From assembly GCA_013215775.1 (NCBI GenBank), contig JABSQO010000008.1, positions 1,128 to 65,127 of the forward strand: a stretch of 64,000 nucleotides of DNA, written 5' to 3'. Below are positions 62,459-64,000 of this stretch, piece after piece (position 1 is the stretch's first letter; each line of letters begins with the position of its first letter). The position numbers and the translations under genes are program-made. The notes beneath the pieces are model-generated. The model was not told the DNA's origin. It saw nothing but the letters and a program-made list of their open reading frames with translations, and did not search any database. Source of the stretch: Piscirickettsiaceae bacterium. Lineage in GTDB: Bacteria; Pseudomonadota; Gammaproteobacteria; Nitrosococcales; Methylophagaceae.

Positions 62459-63001
62459 ATGAAAACCTTTCTCATTTACACCTTTTCCATCTTAACCTTG
62501 TTACTTAGTGGCTGTAATAAAGATAAAATTCCTGGCGTTTATCGTATTGATATTCAACAAGGTAACGATGTTACCCAAGAAATGATCAATAAACTTAAAC
62601 CTGGCATGAGTAAAAGCCAAGTGTCGTATGTTATGGGCACGCCTCTTATTATTGACACCTTCCATCCTGACCGTTGGGATTATATTTATAGTTTTCATCC
62701 AGGGAATGGTCAACGTGAACAACGCCGCGTCACACTATTCTTTGAACAGGATAAACTAAACCTCATTAAAGGGGATATTCGTACTGTTGCCCGCGAAGAT
62801 CTACCGCAAACAGCTCGAACAGATACTAATATTGTGGTGCCATTAACTGAGAAAAAGACCGGTATATTTCAGAGTTTAAAGAATGCTATCGGACTGGGTG
62901 ATGATGACGAACAAGAGATTGTAGAATCTGAACCTAAGGATGATGAACAAAATGACACATCGGATATTAATACGGAAACATCACTTGAATCAGAAGAATA
63001 A
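62459..63001 (+). CDS. bamE: Outer-membrane protein assembly factor BamE (SmpA/OmlA) with an acidic C-terminal extension
   Basis: 180 aa. Lipobox LLSGC and [33 protein letters not shown]. Divergent from fur, as in many gammaproteobacteria. Confidence 0.85.
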   Translation: MKTFLIYTFSILTLLLSGCNKDKIPGVYRIDIQQGNDVTQEMINKLKPGMSKSQVSYVMGTPLIIDTFHPDRWDYIYSFHPGNGQREQRRVTLFFEQDKLNLIKGDIRTVAREDLPQTARTDTNIVVPLTEKKTGIFQSLKNAIGLGDDDEQEIVESEPKDDEQNDTSDINTETSLESEE

Positions 63002-63033
63002 TAGAACTCAGAGAGTTTAAAATTTATAAGTAA

Positions 63034-63663
63034 TTATACTGCCGCTTCAAACGCTCCTGTCTGTGAATTAAAGCATAACAATTCACCCGTTGTCATATCA
63101 AAATACCAGCCATGCAATGTCAACTTTCCTTGCTCCACTCGATCTCGAACACTGGAAAATGTCATCAAATTTGCTAGTGATTCCAATATAGCCCGTTGCT
63201 CACACGCTCTAATTTGTACTTCTTCCGTAGCATTGGATAATTTTTGTTTCACCCACTCTTTCGCTGGTTTCGCAATGCAAACCCATGAATGAATGAATTG
63301 TGACTGTGCACCACCATCATCTTCCCACAGCGCTTGAATACCACCACAACGAGCATGCCCCATAATAATAATATTCTCGACTTCAAGATTATGGACAGCA
63401 AATTCCAATGCCGAACTCGTGCCATGGTAATGGCCATCATCTTCACAAGGAGGTACTAAGTTAGCCACATTACGTATAGTAAACAAATCACCAGGATCAC
63501 AATCTGTCACAATCGCAGGATCTACACGAGAATCACAACAAGCGATCATCAATGTTTTTGCCGGTTGCCCATGAACCATACTGTCATACAGTTGACTGTC
63601 ACTACCAAAATATTGCTGTTTAAATCGTTTAAAACCTTCTAATAGTTTTGCTTTATCCGCCAT
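63034..63663 (-). CDS. Beta-class carbonic anhydrase
   Basis: 209 aa. Zn ligands in CCDSRVDP and GHARCGG. Confidence 0.88.
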   Translation of the reverse strand: MADKAKLLEGFKRFKQQYFGSDSQLYDSMVHGQPAKTLMIACCDSRVDPAIVTDCDPGDLFTIRNVANLVPPCEDDGHYHGTSSALEFAVHNLEVENIIIMGHARCGGIQALWEDDGGAQSQFIHSWVCIAKPAKEWVKQKLSNATEEVQIRACEQRAILESLANLMTFSSVRDRVEQGKLTLHGWYFDMTTGELLCFNSQTGAFEAAV

Positions 63664-63670
63664 TGATACT

Positions 63671-64000
63671 TTATCTCAAAAATCGTACAAAAAGGTTTAT
63701 CAAAAATTCTTGTTCTAACGTGGTGACTAGTCCATGCCCACAATGCACCCTCAAGTGCCTCGGCAAGTTCATCACTCGTCGAAGGCTATCTTGCATTAAA
63801 GCATCGTCACCCATCGGGAAATCAGTTCGGCCTATACTACCTGAAAACAATGTATCACCAACAAAAATATCATGTTCATATCCTTGCTGGCCTAAGAGTA
63901 TTGCCTGACAATGATTTTTCAAGCTTAGGTAAATATGTTGGCACACTGAAGGCTTGTTGAAGTTGTATCAAAGCACCAGCATGATCGCATGACCATGCGA
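63671..64000 (-). pseudogene. Decayed MBL-fold (YcbL/GloB-like) hydrolase; the upstream part runs off the window
   Basis: The C-terminal part is intact in one frame (GDTLFSGSIGRTDFPMGDD...VHCGHGLVTTLEQE). The metal motif is split across two frames near 63980-63997: HGHA is followed 5 codons later by TGA at 63970..63968, while DHAGALIQLQQAFSVP reads in another frame that ends at a stop. The distance from HGH to GDTLF is ~43 codons, against ~85 in YcbL as I recall it. Confidence 0.5.

Overview
This is a 64-kb chromosomal window from an AT-rich gammaproteobacterium-like genome. All calls rest on motifs read by eye; no alignments or searches were run. I found no rRNA, tRNA, CRISPR array, transposase or integrase.

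The window has two parts.

(A) 1-24.6 kb is an accessory cell-envelope island, almost all on the minus strand. It holds three modules:
- An atypical T2SS/type-IV-pilus-like machine (GspG, GspF and GspE, PilM/N/O/P-like proteins, a lipoprotein TPR-secretin and a second pseudopilin), followed by a secreted DUF336/GlcG-like protein.
- A GDP-mannose-fed glycan locus with manC, manB and two GT4 transferases. It carries four sulfotransferase-like domains and shows no recognisable initiation or export genes. One sulfotransferase has a coiled coil encoded by a perfect 21-bp tandem repeat. A 1133-aa protein is built from three tandem sulfotransferase-like modules.
- A tight four-gene cassette, which I rate the most interesting item. 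It encodes an unannotated 57-aa peptide that is essentially signal peptide plus sorting-signal-like tail, a fatty-acid-hydroxylase/sterol-desaturase-family enzyme, a 171-aa mini-exosortase and a partner membrane protein. A LuxR-type regulator is transcribed divergently from it.

(B) 24.6-64 kb is conserved housekeeping. In order: rnhB-lpxB; ribBA-ribE-ribD-(small Zn-ribbon ORF)-nrdR-glyA; purA-hisZ-DUF2065-hflCK-hflX-hfq-miaA; rho; tyrS; an M23 peptidase; anmK; a glycogen cluster (glgC-GH57-malQ with an orphan gcvH coupled to its end, and a divergent glgB); pgi; hisS-ispG-rodZ-pilW-rlmN-ndk; nadK-recN; fur; bamE; a beta-carbonic anhydrase; and a decayed MBL-fold hydrolase at the right edge.
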